A DNA stretch of 63,538 bases, filler included, from 7 parts of 7 records of this genome joined end to end with filler, not necessarily neighbours in it; one strand, 5' to 3'. Shown: positions 27,886 through 39,104, counted from the whole stretch's first letter. The notes: a model not told the origin generated them from the letters alone. Made by a program: numbers and translations.

Positions 27886-29397
27886 CTATTCGTCCATGAC
27901 ATGCATATCGGCCCAGAAGGACCGAAGAGCATCTGTCAGCTTGCAGTAGGTCCGGTAGCGCCGGTCGTAGTGCGATTTCATCGTAGCCACCGGCAGGTAT
28001 TCCTTCTGCGCCCTCGTCATGGCTGCAACAGCCGTCTCGTAATCGGGGAAGAGCCCGACACCAACACCGCCTCCAATGGCCGCGCCCAGCGCACCCGTCT
28101 CGCGAGCTTCCGCAACGGTGATCGGAACGCCCAGACAATCGGCGAACATCTGCGGCCAGACCGGGCTGCGTGACCCGCCTCCGGAGAGCACTGCCCGGTC
28201 GAACGTGACACCGGTTCTCCCGAGCACCTCGATATGGCGGCGATGTTCAAAGAGAACCCCTTCGAACAAGGCCCGAAGCAGGTGCCCTTCCGAATGCCAG
28301 CCGGCGAGACCATAGAACCCGGCGCGGAAGTCCGCCCCAAGCCGCGAGCCGTAAAGGAACGGGTGAAAGAACGGGTCGTCCGCCGCGGGCGTGACTTCCG
28401 CGATCCTCGCGTTGCAATAGCCGAACGGATCGTCGTGATGTTTCCCGCGCTCCACCAGCTCTCGCACATACCATTCCAGGTTGGCAGCCGATGTTGCGCT
28501 CGATTCGATATTGACGAACCGGCCGGGGGCAAAACCCGAGGCCATGAACATTGCCTTGTCGACGATCGGGGCCTCCGAAAAGACCTGATTGATGCTCCAG
28601 GTGCCTGCAATGATCGAGGCTTCGCCGGAATGGACAACGCCCGACCCGAGCGCACTGGCGATCACGTCAAAATAGCCGCCGACGACCGGCGTCCCTTCCT
28701 TCAGTCCGGTCGCAGCCGCGGCTTCTGCCGTGACATGCCCGGCCACATCCGCCGGTTCGACCAGATGCGGCAGCATCGGCTCTGCCTCGCCGAGACCATA
28801 AAGTTCCAGCAGCTCCCTGTCGTAGAGATTGTCCGGCAACCTCAGCAAACCGCACCCCGACATGTCGGAAATCTCGCTGACGCATTCTCCGGTCAGCTTG
28901 AAGGTGATGAAGTCCTTGCACAGGAGCACGGTTCCGGTCCGGGCATAAAGATCCGGCCGGTTGTCCTTGATCCAGGCAAGCAGCGTCGGGGTCTGGGACG
29001 GCCAGGGTTCCTGCAGACACAGGGCGTGCAGCCTGTCGCCATGCGCTTCACGCAGCTTGCCTGCATGATCCGCGGCGCGCGTATCCAGAGACTGGATGCC
29101 GAGCAGTGGCTCATGGTCCTTGTCCAGCAGGTAAAGACCGTTGCCGTGCCCGGCGCAACCAATTGCCGCGATCTGCGAAGGCTCGACACCGGCTTTGTCA
29201 AGGCACTCGCGGATAACTGTTTGCGCATTGCGCCACAACTCTCCGAGATCGCGTTCAACATGTCCGGGAGCAGGTAAAAACGATTGGCCGTCCAGCGCGC
29301 TCATCGCCACCTGGCGGCCCGCCAGATCGAACAGGACAGCCTTGATCACCGTGTTGCCGGCATCAAGCCCCAGCAGATAAGTCCTGTCGTCAGCCAC
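27886..29397 (-). CDS. FGGY-family carbohydrate kinase (L-xylulose-kinase-like)
   Basis: LLGLDAGNTVIKAVLFD, GHGNGLY, IIAGTWSIN and LSGGGSRS motifs; GTG start overlaps the aldolase stop. Confidence 0.9.
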   Translation of the reverse strand: MADDRTYLLGLDAGNTVIKAVLFDLAGRQVAMSALDGQSFLPAPGHVERDLGELWRNAQTVIRECLDKAGVEPSQIAAIGCAGHGNGLYLLDKDHEPLLGIQSLDTRAADHAGKLREAHGDRLHALCLQEPWPSQTPTLLAWIKDNRPDLYARTGTVLLCKDFITFKLTGECVSEISDMSGCGLLRLPDNLYDRELLELYGLGEAEPMLPHLVEPADVAGHVTAEAAAATGLKEGTPVVGGYFDVIASALGSGVVHSGEASIIAGTWSINQVFSEAPIVDKAMFMASGFAPGRFVNIESSATSAANLEWYVRELVERGKHHDDPFGYCNARIAEVTPAADDPFFHPFLYGSRLGADFRAGFYGLAGWHSEGHLLRALFEGVLFEHRRHIEVLGRTGVTFDRAVLSGGGSRSPVWPQMFADCLGVPITVAEARETGALGAAIGGGVGVGLFPDYETAVAAMTRAQKEYLPVATMKSHYDRRYRTYCKLTDALRSFWADMHVMDE

Positions 29398-30232
29398 GGT
29401 TATAGATGTCCCATGCTTCGTCACCGTCGGCACCGTTGTGGATCATTGCCATGAGTGCCGCAACCACCGCTTTCGGGTTGTCGTGCTGATAGATGTTGCG
29501 GCCATAGACCATGCCCTTGGCACCCTGGCGCATCAGTGCAGCGGATTTCCTGAGCACGGTCTTCAGGTCTTCCTTGCCGCCACCACGCACCAGAACCGGA
29601 ACGCGCGCCGCTTCGACCACCCGGTGGAAATCTTCCGCGTTATCGGTCGGGTCCGCCTTGATGATGTCGGCTCCCATCTCGCTTGCCAGCCGAACCAGTG
29701 TCACGATCTTGTCTGCGTCGCCGTCGACCTGATAGCCACCCCGGATGTCGTTCGGCAGCATCACCAGCGGCTCGATCATCAGCGGCATGCCGTATTTGTG
29801 GCAGGCGGCGCGCACTCTGGAGATATTCTCCACGCATTGGCGAAACAGCTCCGGCTCGTCCGGCAACATGAACAGGTTCACGACGACACAAGCCGCATCC
29901 ATTTCCAGAGCCCCGATGATCGGCTCGTCGGCATTCTGCAGCAGCGACCACATCACCCGGTGGCGCTGGTCATTGTAGGGGTTGCCCATGTCGATGCGCA
30001 TCACCAGCGCCGGCTTGTCCTTCTCCGGACGCGACTGCAACAGATCCGCCTGGCCATAGGCCATCTGGATCGCATCAGGCCCGGCCTTGACCAGGGTGTC
30101 GACAACCCCGGCCATGTCTTCCAGGCCAACCATGAAGCTCGGTTCGTTGCACACGCCATGATCAACGGCAACATCCAGGCAGCCGCCGTGGGTGAACATC
30201 CGGTTCATCCGGGCTTTGGGGCTCAAACGCAT
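29390..30232 (-). CDS. Class I aldolase, DhnA/LsrF family
   Basis: VAVDHG, Schiff-base Lys in GADIIKAD, VLVRGG and MVYGRNIYQ motifs. Confidence 0.88.
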   Translation of the reverse strand: MRLSPKARMNRMFTHGGCLDVAVDHGVCNEPSFMVGLEDMAGVVDTLVKAGPDAIQMAYGQADLLQSRPEKDKPALVMRIDMGNPYNDQRHRVMWSLLQNADEPIIGALEMDAACVVVNLFMLPDEPELFRQCVENISRVRAACHKYGMPLMIEPLVMLPNDIRGGYQVDGDADKIVTLVRLASEMGADIIKADPTDNAEDFHRVVEAARVPVLVRGGGKEDLKTVLRKSAALMRQGAKGMVYGRNIYQHDNPKAVVAALMAMIHNGADGDEAWDIYNRG

Positions 30233-31950
30233 ATTCTGCTCCTGCTTGTGTCTTGGTTCCGGCGATCTTCAAACGAAACGCCGTGATAGGTGGAAAGGTC
30301 TTCAATCAGCCGGTCGCGCTGAAGCCCGCGCTCTGCGTCGGACCAGCCGAGTTCTTCACCGGCGACAGCTGCCAGCTTGTCGAGCAACTCTTCACTCATC
30401 AGTCCTTGGATGGCGAGCGTCGTCCGCCGCAACACGATGTCGGCAAGGGTCACCACGCTTTCGCGGGAGGCGAGGAAGGCGATTTCGGCGGCGGTGATTT
30501 CCGTCTCCGGCGAAAGTGCCTCGTCGTCCGGCCTGCCCTGACAAAAGGCCAGCAGCTCCGTCGCCGTGGTGCCATAGGTCGCCACCAGGTGCGCGGCGCG
30601 CGCGGGACCAATGCCATGGTTCGAGATCAGGTCGCGCTCCAGGATCACGGCAGCATCAGGAAAATCCTTTCCGCCGCCGATCGGGCGCGACAGGGTGCCG
30701 ACATGCCTGGTCCGGCCAAGTTCGCTGAGCACTTCGTCCGTCGCCTGTTCGGCAAAGGCACGGAACGTTGTCCACTTGCCGCCGATCATGCAGATCTGCG
30801 GAACGGGTCCTTCGATACGGGTCGTAAAATGGCCCCTGGAAATCCGGCCTGTAAAATCATGATCGCTCTTCGGCAACGGCCGAATGCCGCTGTAACTGAA
30901 AACGACATCATCCGCATTGAAGTCGATCTCCGGAAAGACCAGCCGGAGCGAGCCCAGAATGTAGGCTTCTTCTTCCGGCTCACAGCGCACACGTTCGGCC
31001 GTCTTGACGCGGATATCCGTCGACCCGGCCAGCACCTTGCCGAAGAACGGAAAGACAATGCAGACCCGGCCATCCGAATTCTCGAAATAGACCATATGGC
31101 CGCCAAGCGCCTTCTCCAGCGCCGGATTGTCGAGAATGAGATGCGATCCCTTTGTACCGGACACCAGGCGTTCGTGGCTGGAATTGCCGGCAAGCTCATC
31201 AATGGCATCATCCAACCAGGCGCCAGTGGCATTGACGAGGATCTTCGCCGAGATTTCTTCCGTTCGGCCGCTCACCTGATCTCGCACAACAAAACCGCTC
31301 CCGGACGGCTCAAGACAGGCATAGTTGAGGGCGACACAGTCCGGAGCCACCTCTTCCGCTTCCCTGACCAATTCCAGACCAAGCCGCTCCGGGTGGCTGA
31401 TCCAGGCATCGTGATAAGTGGCCGAACACCGGATGGCACCGGTCAGTCCAGGCCAGGTATCCCGGGTCGCCTTCGCTCCGCGGAAACGGTGTTTCGGCAA
31501 CAGTCGGCGTTTGCGTGTCACCCAGTCATAAAGCGTCAGCCCGAGCTTGATCGGAACCGCTCCCCGGCTGGAGGGCTGACCTGAAAAGCCGAAGAAACTT
31601 GCCGCGCTGTTCAAGAGCCCGGAAAAGAGAGAGCCGATAGGAATGACGGTCGGCAGCGGATGGACCAGATGAGGCGCATTGACCAGCAGCGCGTCGCGTT
31701 CGCGCAGGGATTCGCGCACCAGGTCGAACTCGCCGTTTTCCAGATAGCGCAATCCTCCATGGATCATGCGCGACAAGGCAGAACTGCACCCCGAACAAAA
31801 GTCGTTCCGTTCCACCAGCAGCACCCTGACACCCTGCAGCGCCAGATCCCGGTAGACCCCGATCCCGTTGATACCGCCGCCGACGACAACGGCGTCGAAC
31901 GCGCCGTCACGCGCGATACGGTCCCATTTTCCTTGCCGTTGTTCGGACAT
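30223..31950 (-). CDS. FAD-dependent glycerol-3-phosphate dehydrogenase/oxidase-like (GlpD/EryB family)
   Basis: VVVGGGINGIG, SRMIHGGLRYLE, YSGIRPL and GGKWTTFR motifs. Confidence 0.9.
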   Translation of the reverse strand: MSEQRQGKWDRIARDGAFDAVVVGGGINGIGVYRDLALQGVRVLLVERNDFCSGCSSALSRMIHGGLRYLENGEFDLVRESLRERDALLVNAPHLVHPLPTVIPIGSLFSGLLNSAASFFGFSGQPSSRGAVPIKLGLTLYDWVTRKRRLLPKHRFRGAKATRDTWPGLTGAIRCSATYHDAWISHPERLGLELVREAEEVAPDCVALNYACLEPSGSGFVVRDQVSGRTEEISAKILVNATGAWLDDAIDELAGNSSHERLVSGTKGSHLILDNPALEKALGGHMVYFENSDGRVCIVFPFFGKVLAGSTDIRVKTAERVRCEPEEEAYILGSLRLVFPEIDFNADDVVFSYSGIRPLPKSDHDFTGRISRGHFTTRIEGPVPQICMIGGKWTTFRAFAEQATDEVLSELGRTRHVGTLSRPIGGGKDFPDAAVILERDLISNHGIGPARAAHLVATYGTTATELLAFCQGRPDDEALSPETEITAAEIAFLASRESVVTLADIVLRRTTLAIQGLMSEELLDKLAAVAGEELGWSDAERGLQRDRLIEDLSTYHGVSFEDRRNQDTSRSRICV

Positions 31951-32010
31951 GCCTTCCCCGTTCACCGGACGGATGCCCGGTGCCCTTTCCAATCTCAATT
32001 TCGAAGTCTC

Positions 32011-33006
32011 TTAAGCGGCGAGTTCGGTCAGATGGGTCGCGGCAGCATCGCCGATGAGCCCGATTTCTTCACTGGTCAACCTGAGGCGCCCCGCCTTGGC
32101 ATTCTCCCGCGCCTGCTCCGGATCACGGGCTCCGCACAAGGAGAAGGTGATGCCCGGCTGCTGCAGCGTCCAGGCGATCACCACCTGGGCCTTGGTGGCA
32201 CCATGGGCCTCCGCTATCGGCGCGATGGCATCCATAAGCTTGGCAACCTTGCGGCGGTTTTCGACCGAGAAGCGCGGATTGTCCTTGCGCTGATCATCAC
32301 CTTCGAAGGTTCTGTCAGGACCGATCTTGCCCGTCAGAAGACCTAGCGCCAGCGACGAATAGCTCAGCACTGAAACCTTTTCCTTGAGGCAGAGTGGCAC
32401 CAGGGTGTCCTCGATGTCCCGCTTGATCATCGAATATTCTTCCTGGATCGCATCCAGCTGCCCGGCAGCCACATAGGCTTTCACATCGTCGGCGGTCGTG
32501 TTGCTGGCACCGATGGAGCGGATCTTGCCTTGGGTTTTCAGGGTTTCCAGCGCCTCCATGGTTTCCGCAATCGGCGTGGTCGGATCCTGCCAATGGGTGA
32601 TGTAGTGATCGATGTGATCGGTCCCGAGCCGCTTCAGGCTCTGCTCCACCTCATGGACGATCGCATCCTTGCCGAGATACCGGTGCACCGGCTTGCCGTC
32701 GTAATCAAAGAAGTGATTGCCCTTCTGGGTGTGCCAGACGAGACCGCATTTGGTTGCCAGCACCACCTTTTCGCGGCGGCCTGCAATCGCCTTGCCGACA
32801 ATCTCCTCCGACAGCCCCTGGCCATACGCCGGAGCAGTGTCGATCAGGCTGATGCCTTCATCGATGGAAGCCTGAATTGCGGAAATCGACTTGGCTTCAT
32901 CCGTGCCGCCCCACATCCAGCCGCCAATGGCCCAGGTGCCGAGCCCGATAGCCGACGCCTCGATGCCTGAACGTCCGATCTCGCGTGTCAGCATTTCATG
33001 CAACAT
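32011..33006 (-). CDS. Aldo/keto reductase
   Basis: GLGTWAIGG, IDTAPAYG, LATKCG and YITHWQD motifs; start 33006 or 32994. Confidence 0.92.
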   Translation of the reverse strand: MLHEMLTREIGRSGIEASAIGLGTWAIGGWMWGGTDEAKSISAIQASIDEGISLIDTAPAYGQGLSEEIVGKAIAGRREKVVLATKCGLVWHTQKGNHFFDYDGKPVHRYLGKDAIVHEVEQSLKRLGTDHIDHYITHWQDPTTPIAETMEALETLKTQGKIRSIGASNTTADDVKAYVAAGQLDAIQEEYSMIKRDIEDTLVPLCLKEKVSVLSYSSLALGLLTGKIGPDRTFEGDDQRKDNPRFSVENRRKVAKLMDAIAPIAEAHGATKAQVVIAWTLQQPGITFSLCGARDPEQARENAKAGRLRLTSEEIGLIGDAAATHLTELAA

Positions 33007-33976
33007 TCTGTTTGCCTTCCATGGTTGCAAGGACCGCTCCCGCGGTGTCCTCGTCCAAGATGAGTGAATTCAGATAGTTTCCGTTGAGGACGGCCCGGAT
33101 CGGCCAGATCTTTTCGTCGCCCGAGGTCACCCCGATGACCCGCTTGAAGCGGCGCAGCTCTTCAGGCGCCAGTGCGACCAGCCGCGAATTGAGGGCGTAG
33201 TCGGCAACCGTCCCGTCCTGGCGCATCAGGTAGGCCAGGAATTCGGCGCTGACACCGCTGCCAACCAGCATCTTGCGGTCCGATTCAGGCATCGGATGCA
33301 GGTCGTAGTAGCTCGACCCGGGCGTCGCGATGGATCCGATGCCGACCAGAGCGATCGTTGCCTGCCGTGCCAGGTCCAGGATCTCGCGAATGGAGCCGAC
33401 TTCCATCAGCATGTCGCGCTGTTCCCGGCTTTCGGCAAAGAGCGGCGCATGAAGCTGCAGCGCCTTGCCGCCCAGCTTCTCGGCCATCAGGCTGGCCTGG
33501 TGATTGACATCCGTGTGGTACTTGCCCTGCACACCTCCGGTGAGCGGCACCACGGTGACGTCGAACTTCCGGTCGGTCTCGATGTTCTGCACCACCGCCC
33601 CGACGGCCTTGCCGCCTGTGATCGCGATGATGTCACCATCGCGGATGGTCTCCACCAGATGGTTGGCAGCGGCAAGCCCGACCTGCTTCAGCGTCGTGTT
33701 CGGGCTGCCTTCGACGGACGATGTAACCAGCGCTTTTGAAAGCGGCGTCGATTGTTCCAGCAGGTTTTCCAGATCCGTCAAACGCTGGAACGGGTTCTCG
33801 ATATCGATCTTGATCATGCCCATCTTGCGGCCCTGGGTGATCAGACGGTTCACCTTGGACGTCGACAGGTTGAGCAGTTCGGCGATTTCCGACTGTTTCT
33901 TGCCTTCCAGGAAATGCAGCACGAGAACCGTGTGCATCTGGCGCATCAGCTCGATATCGTTTTTCTTGTCCGCCAT
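32996..33976 (-). CDS. SorC/LsrR-family sugar-binding transcriptional regulator
   Basis: N-terminal HTH QSEIAELLNLSTSKVNRL; VVPLTGG, LHAPL and LILDEDTA; true start lies inside the 519-aa ORF. Confidence 0.9.
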   Translation of the reverse strand: MADKKNDIELMRQMHTVLVLHFLEGKKQSEIAELLNLSTSKVNRLITQGRKMGMIKIDIENPFQRLTDLENLLEQSTPLSKALVTSSVEGSPNTTLKQVGLAAANHLVETIRDGDIIAITGGKAVGAVVQNIETDRKFDVTVVPLTGGVQGKYHTDVNHQASLMAEKLGGKALQLHAPLFAESREQRDMLMEVGSIREILDLARQATIALVGIGSIATPGSSYYDLHPMPESDRKMLVGSGVSAEFLAYLMRQDGTVADYALNSRLVALAPEELRRFKRVIGVTSGDEKIWPIRAVLNGNYLNSLILDEDTAGAVLATMEGKQNVA

Positions 33977-34002
33977 CTGGTTGCCTCTTCGCTGGAGCCG
34001 GG

Positions 34003-35004
34003 TCAGGCGCGTTTCTTGACGAGATAGTGGTCGATGGAGACCGCCGCCAGCAGGATCGAGCCGCGGATGATGTCCTGCCAGTAGACCGAGACATCCAGAA
34101 GCGCGAGCGAGCTGGAGACCACCGACAGCAGCACCGCCCCCAGGATTGCCCCGAAAATGGTTCCCGAACCACCCTTGAGGCTCGCCCCGCCGATAACGGC
34201 CGCCGCAATCACGTTCAGTTCCATGCCGATGCCGAAGGTCGGCTGGGCAGAGCCGAAGCGAGCCATGTAGATGATGCCGGCCACACCACACAGAGCCGAG
34301 CAAAGGGTGGTCGTGAAGAACACCACACGCTTGGTGCGGATGCCGGAATAGGCTGCGGCCTTCTCGTTGCTGCCGGTATAGAACACCTTGCGGAACATCG
34401 TCGTGCGGCGCAGCAGGAAGTCGAAGCCGATCACCACCACAAGGAAGATCAGGATGACGACCGGGATCGGTCCGATGGACCCCTGACCGATGAACTTGAA
34501 CTCGGGCGGCAGCGTAAACAGACCGAGCGGACGCCCGCCCGTGCCCAGGAGACACGCCCCCCGGGCGATCACCATGATTGCCAGCGACACGATGAAATGA
34601 TGAAGGCCGACGCGGGTGACAAAGAACCCCATGAACGCCCCGATGGCCGTGCAGGCGGCAATCGAAATCGCCGACGCGGCCCAGGGGTCGACCCCGTTCA
34701 GGAACAGCCAGCCGGCAATCACCATGGCCAGCGCTGTCACCGAGCCAACCGAAAGATCGATCCCGCCGGAAATCAGCAGGATGGTCATGCCGACCACCAC
34801 GATGCCTTCCACGGCAAAGGCCATGACCATGGCGCGCATGTTCACCCAGGTCAGGAAGTAGGGCGAGGCGAAGGACATCACGATGAACAGCACAAGGATG
34901 ATCGCGATCAGTCCCGTTTCACGCATGCGCAACAGTTTGCGGATCATCGATACGTCTGCCGGTTTGCCGTTCGGCGCGTCTGTCAGGGAGACGGCGTCTT
35001 CCAT
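34003..35004 (-). CDS. Sugar ABC transporter permease (RbsC-like)
   Basis: [21 protein letters not shown] and [15 protein letters not shown] motifs. Confidence 0.93.
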   Translation of the reverse strand: MEDAVSLTDAPNGKPADVSMIRKLLRMRETGLIAIILVLFIVMSFASPYFLTWVNMRAMVMAFAVEGIVVVGMTILLISGGIDLSVGSVTALAMVIAGWLFLNGVDPWAASAISIAACTAIGAFMGFFVTRVGLHHFIVSLAIMVIARGACLLGTGGRPLGLFTLPPEFKFIGQGSIGPIPVVILIFLVVVIGFDFLLRRTTMFRKVFYTGSNEKAAAYSGIRTKRVVFFTTTLCSALCGVAGIIYMARFGSAQPTFGIGMELNVIAAAVIGGASLKGGSGTIFGAILGAVLLSVVSSSLALLDVSVYWQDIIRGSILLAAVSIDHYLVKKRA

Positions 35005-35018
35005 GGTTTCCCCCACGA

Positions 35019-35529
35019 TTAGTTTATGGTTGCCTGGGCGCCCACGGACGCCAGGTGCATTATGTTTTCTTCGGTCATCTGATCGCCCATGACTTCGCCG
35101 CTGATCTGTCCCTCCTGGACGACGAGCACGCGGTCACAAACGCCGATCAGTTCCGGCAGCTCCGACGAGATCACCAGAATGCCGACCCCGCTGCTGGCGA
35201 GATTGCGCAGGATGCGATGGATCTCGGCTTTCGCGCCGACATCGACACCACGCGTCGGCTCATCCAGGAAGATCAGCTTCGGATTGACCGACAGCATTTT
35301 CGCGATCGCAACCTTCTGCTGGTTGCCTCCGGAAAGCGATGACACCGGGTCCGACAGCGAGCCGCATTTGAGATTGAGACGCCTGCCAAGCGTGTCTGCC
35401 TGCGCTTCCTCCCGGCTTCCGGCAATCAGACCGAAGGAATTCGCGACCTGTTCCGGCTTCAGGGCGGAAACATTGGCGGCAATGGACATATCCAGAAAGA
35501 TGCCGTCACCCTTGCGGTCTTCGGACAGA
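35019..35529 (-). CDS. Sugar ABC transporter ATP-binding protein, C-terminal fragment
   Basis: LSGGNQQKV and [13 protein letters not shown] motifs; frame is open to the contig edge. Confidence 0.92.
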
Positions 35530-35629
35530 NNNNNNNNNNNNNNNNNNNNNNNNNNNNNNNNNNNNNNNNNNNNTTAATTAATTAANNNNNNNNNNNNNNN
35601 NNNNNNNNNNNNNNNNNNNNNNNNNNNNN
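35530..35629. other. Artificial contig spacer
   Basis: 44 N + TTAATTAATTAA + 44 N. Confidence 0.98.
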
Positions 35630-36406
<777 letters not shown>

Positions 36407-36440
36407 CTAGGCTCATGATTTGGCGCGAAGCTTGACCGCT

Positions 36441-36469
36441 ATATAGGTGGATGAAACTTTGCCTGCAAG
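36441..36469 (-). promoter_or_regulatory. RpoH (sigma-32) promoter of dnaK
   Basis: Minus strand CTTGCA-N16-CCTATAT matches the alphaproteobacterial heat-shock promoter consensus. Confidence 0.8.
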
Positions 36470-36662
36470 ACATCTGTCCACTGACATTTCACAGACCTTC
36501 CGTTCTTCGCCGATATTTCTTCCCAGATCGTTACCAGCATTGTCAGCTTTGCGAATTCCACATGCAATCGGCACATGGAGGCGAGGTTTTGCTCAAACCT
36601 TGCAGACAATACGGTTAACATCGTCCCGTCACCGCAATGGCAACGCGGAAAGGAGACCCGAA

Positions 36663-37496
36663 TTGCGAGATCCCAGCCTCTGGAATCGGCTTCAAGCCTG
36701 CCACCCGGACGATGTGGAAGCGGATTTCCCGTTCTCCGCGCGCCTTGCCCGAGACAATGGCTGGAGCAAAAGCTTTGCGGGACGGGTCGTTGTCGAATAT
36801 CTGCGGTTTGCCTATCTCAGCCGGCTTGGTGAAGGCATCGTGACGCCGAGCGACGAAGTGGACCAGGCCTGGCATCTGCACCTGACCTACACCAGACATT
36901 ACTGGGGCCCATTCAAGGAAGCGCTCGAAGGTCCGCTGCATCACATGCCGACAAAAGGCGGCCCGGAACAGGAAGTCCGGTTCCGGCAGGCCTATGCAAG
37001 AACGCTCCGGCTCTACCGGTCGGAATTCAGCGACCCGCCTGTGGACATCTGGCCACCGGAGGAAATCCGGTTCGGCAAGGCGCCGGGCTTTGTCCGCGTG
37101 AATGCGCAGGATGTGTGGATCATCCGCAAGCCGGACTGGCCGAACCAGCTCGCAAGACTGGCCGGGAAGGTTGCGAATGCGCCCACCGCCGTCCACTGCG
37201 CCCTGCTGGCCGTCATGTCACTGCTTCTGGGCACCAGGCTGGCCTTTGCCCATGGCGAGGCGCAAGGCGATACCCTCATCGAGCGACTGCGCAACATGGT
37301 CTGGCACTGGGCCACCATGCACACGGCCGAATTCCTTATTTCCCTGTTCATCATCGCCGTAGTGCTGATCATCCTCTTCAAGAAATCGACCGGTGGAAAT
37401 TCTTCCGGATGCAGTTCAGGCTGCGGCACCAGCAGCAGCGGTGACGGAGGCGGCGGTGGCAGCTCCGGCTGCAGCGGTTGCGGTGGGGGCGACTGA
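36663..37496 (+). CDS. Glycine-rich-domain membrane protein with Gly/Ser/Cys tail (TIGR04222-like)
   Basis: RLARDNGW, EYLRF and PSDEVDQAWHLHLTYTRHYW motifs, two TM segments, tail GCSSGCG...SGCSGCGGGD; TTG start after AAGGAG. Confidence 0.75.
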   Translation: MRDPSLWNRLQACHPDDVEADFPFSARLARDNGWSKSFAGRVVVEYLRFAYLSRLGEGIVTPSDEVDQAWHLHLTYTRHYWGPFKEALEGPLHHMPTKGGPEQEVRFRQAYARTLRLYRSEFSDPPVDIWPPEEIRFGKAPGFVRVNAQDVWIIRKPDWPNQLARLAGKVANAPTAVHCALLAVMSLLLGTRLAFAHGEAQGDTLIERLRNMVWHWATMHTAEFLISLFIIAVVLIILFKKSTGGNSSGCSSGCGTSSSGDGGGGGSSGCSGCGGGD

Positions 37497-37515
37497 CGAC
37501 CGGCGAAAATTGACC

Positions 37516-38139
37516 ATGCAGGAAATTCCCATAAACGGCCTGAGCGGGCTTTACTATCTGCCGGGTTATTTCGACCGCGAGGGCCAGGAACAGCTCCTGG
37601 CACATATTCGTGCGATCGTCGCCGAAGCGCCCTTGTTTCAGCCGGTGATGCCGAAAACCGGAAAGCCCTTTTCGGTGCGCATGAGCAACTGCGGGCCGCT
37701 CGGCTGGGTGTCGGATATCCAAGGCTATCGCTACCAGCCCGCGCACCCCGAAACCGGCCGGCCATGGCCGGCCATGCCGGATGCCTTGACGCACCTTTGG
37801 AAGGAAGTTGCCGGCACGGCGCCACCACCCGAAGCCTGCCTGATCAATTTCTATGATCCCAACGCCCGCATGGGCCTGCACCAGGACAGGGATGAACAGA
37901 TGTTCGAAGCCCCGGTCGTCTCGATTTCCCTCGGAGACACTGCGACCTTCCGTGTTGGCGGCGTGAACAGGAAGGATCCGACCAAATCCTTCCGCCTTCA
38001 ATCCGGTGATGTCGTCGTACTTGGCGGTGAGGCTCGACTGGTCTTTCACGGTATCGACCGCGTGTTAAAGGGAACTTCGACGCTTCTGAAAAACGGCGGC
38101 CGGATCAACCTGACCCTTCGGCGGGTCACGGCGGAATAG
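37516..38139 (+). CDS. alkB: Fe(II)/2-oxoglutarate dioxygenase AlkB
   Basis: ACLINFY, MGLHQDRDE, FHGIDR and RINLTLR motifs. Confidence 0.92.
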   Translation: MQEIPINGLSGLYYLPGYFDREGQEQLLAHIRAIVAEAPLFQPVMPKTGKPFSVRMSNCGPLGWVSDIQGYRYQPAHPETGRPWPAMPDALTHLWKEVAGTAPPPEACLINFYDPNARMGLHQDRDEQMFEAPVVSISLGDTATFRVGGVNRKDPTKSFRLQSGDVVVLGGEARLVFHGIDRVLKGTSTLLKNGGRINLTLRRVTAE

Positions 38140-38236
38140 AAATGCGGGATCAACCAGTCAGCCAACTCGAGACGGTTTTTATCGTTCTGCCAGGAAGTCC
38201 GGATTGCACCGCTGATTGTCTTGAAGGCACAAATTC

Positions 38237-38548
38237 ATGAACGTGAACATCGCTCATTTGAAGACGCTCAAGCCGGTATCAATCGAGGAATTGGAAAAGA
38301 TGCATACCGGCAGGCTTCTCAGCCGCTTGAAGCGCTTGAGAAGCTTGCACGCCACATTTGAAGCCAGCGACTGGCTGCTTGAGGAGCGCAATGCGGTCGA
38401 GCAAGCCGGACTGATTGCCTTCAAGAATACTGAACTTTGGTCAACCGCCTTTGAAGAAGTGAAGCGACTGCTTGCACAACGGGAACACTTGCCTCGTGGC
38501 GGCAAGGCACGCAGGCAGAGCGCTGCCCACAAAAAGCAGAACAGATAG
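38237..38548 (+). CDS. Hypothetical protein
   Basis: 103-aa ORF with GAAGG RBS filling the gap between alkB and the OsmC gene. Confidence 0.6.
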   Translation: MNVNIAHLKTLKPVSIEELEKMHTGRLLSRLKRLRSLHATFEASDWLLEERNAVEQAGLIAFKNTELWSTAFEEVKRLLAQREHLPRGGKARRQSAAHKKQNR

Positions 38549-38609
38549 GTTTCCAACCTCAGGGTTTGCTTGAAAATGGGCTTCTTCTGCGGCCTTTCGG
38601 CATGCGCCA

Positions 38610-39080
38610 TCAGGCTTCACGATAAGTCGCCTCGAAGCTCACCGGAAAATTCACCGAGCGGGCAATGAAGCAGACCTTGTGGATCTCGTGGTGGATCGCG
38701 TCGGCCGTTGCCAGATCCGTACCCTTGGGCACGGTGATGACCGGCTTCAGCACAGCGCGCAGAAAACGGCCAGCACCCGAGGGCTCTGTTTCCCCCATCG
38801 CTTCCGGCGCGTCCTCGTATCCCATGACGGCAATGCCCGCATCGCTTGCCAGATGCAGGTACCAGAGCATGTGGCAGCTCGCCAGGGAGGACAGGAGCAA
38901 GTCCTCCGGATTATGGAGCGTGGGATTTCCGCCCAGTAGCGGGTCGTTCGAACAGGAGACCGGAGGCTTTCCAGGTGTTCGTATCTCCCAGTTTCGGTCA
39001 TAGGACCTGTAACTCTTCGTCCCCTCGCCCCGGTTTCCCGTCCAGTGGATGAGGGATGTGTAGCCGTGCTCTTTGCTCAT
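38610..39080 (-). CDS. OsmC/Ohr-family peroxiredoxin-like protein
   Basis: NPEDLLLSSLASCHMLWYL and HKVCFIARSV two-Cys motifs; RBS GGAGG. Confidence 0.9.
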   Translation of the reverse strand: MSKEHGYTSLIHWTGNRGEGTKSYRSYDRNWEIRTPGKPPVSCSNDPLLGGNPTLHNPEDLLLSSLASCHMLWYLHLASDAGIAVMGYEDAPEAMGETEPSGAGRFLRAVLKPVITVPKGTDLATADAIHHEIHKVCFIARSVNFPVSFEATYREA

Positions 39081-39090
39081 GCTTCCTCCA

Positions 39091-39104
39091 AAATGTATAC
39101 ATTT
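39091..39104. promoter_or_regulatory. Probable GntR/FadR-type operator
   Basis: Perfect palindrome AAATGTATACATTT between the divergent OsmC and GntR genes. Confidence 0.7.

Noticed and set aside
33977..34555. N-terminal 193 aa of the 519-aa ORF as a novel fusion to the SorC regulator
   Set aside because: It overlaps the ABC permease gene in another frame; the real start is the ATG at 33976 after a GAGG RBS
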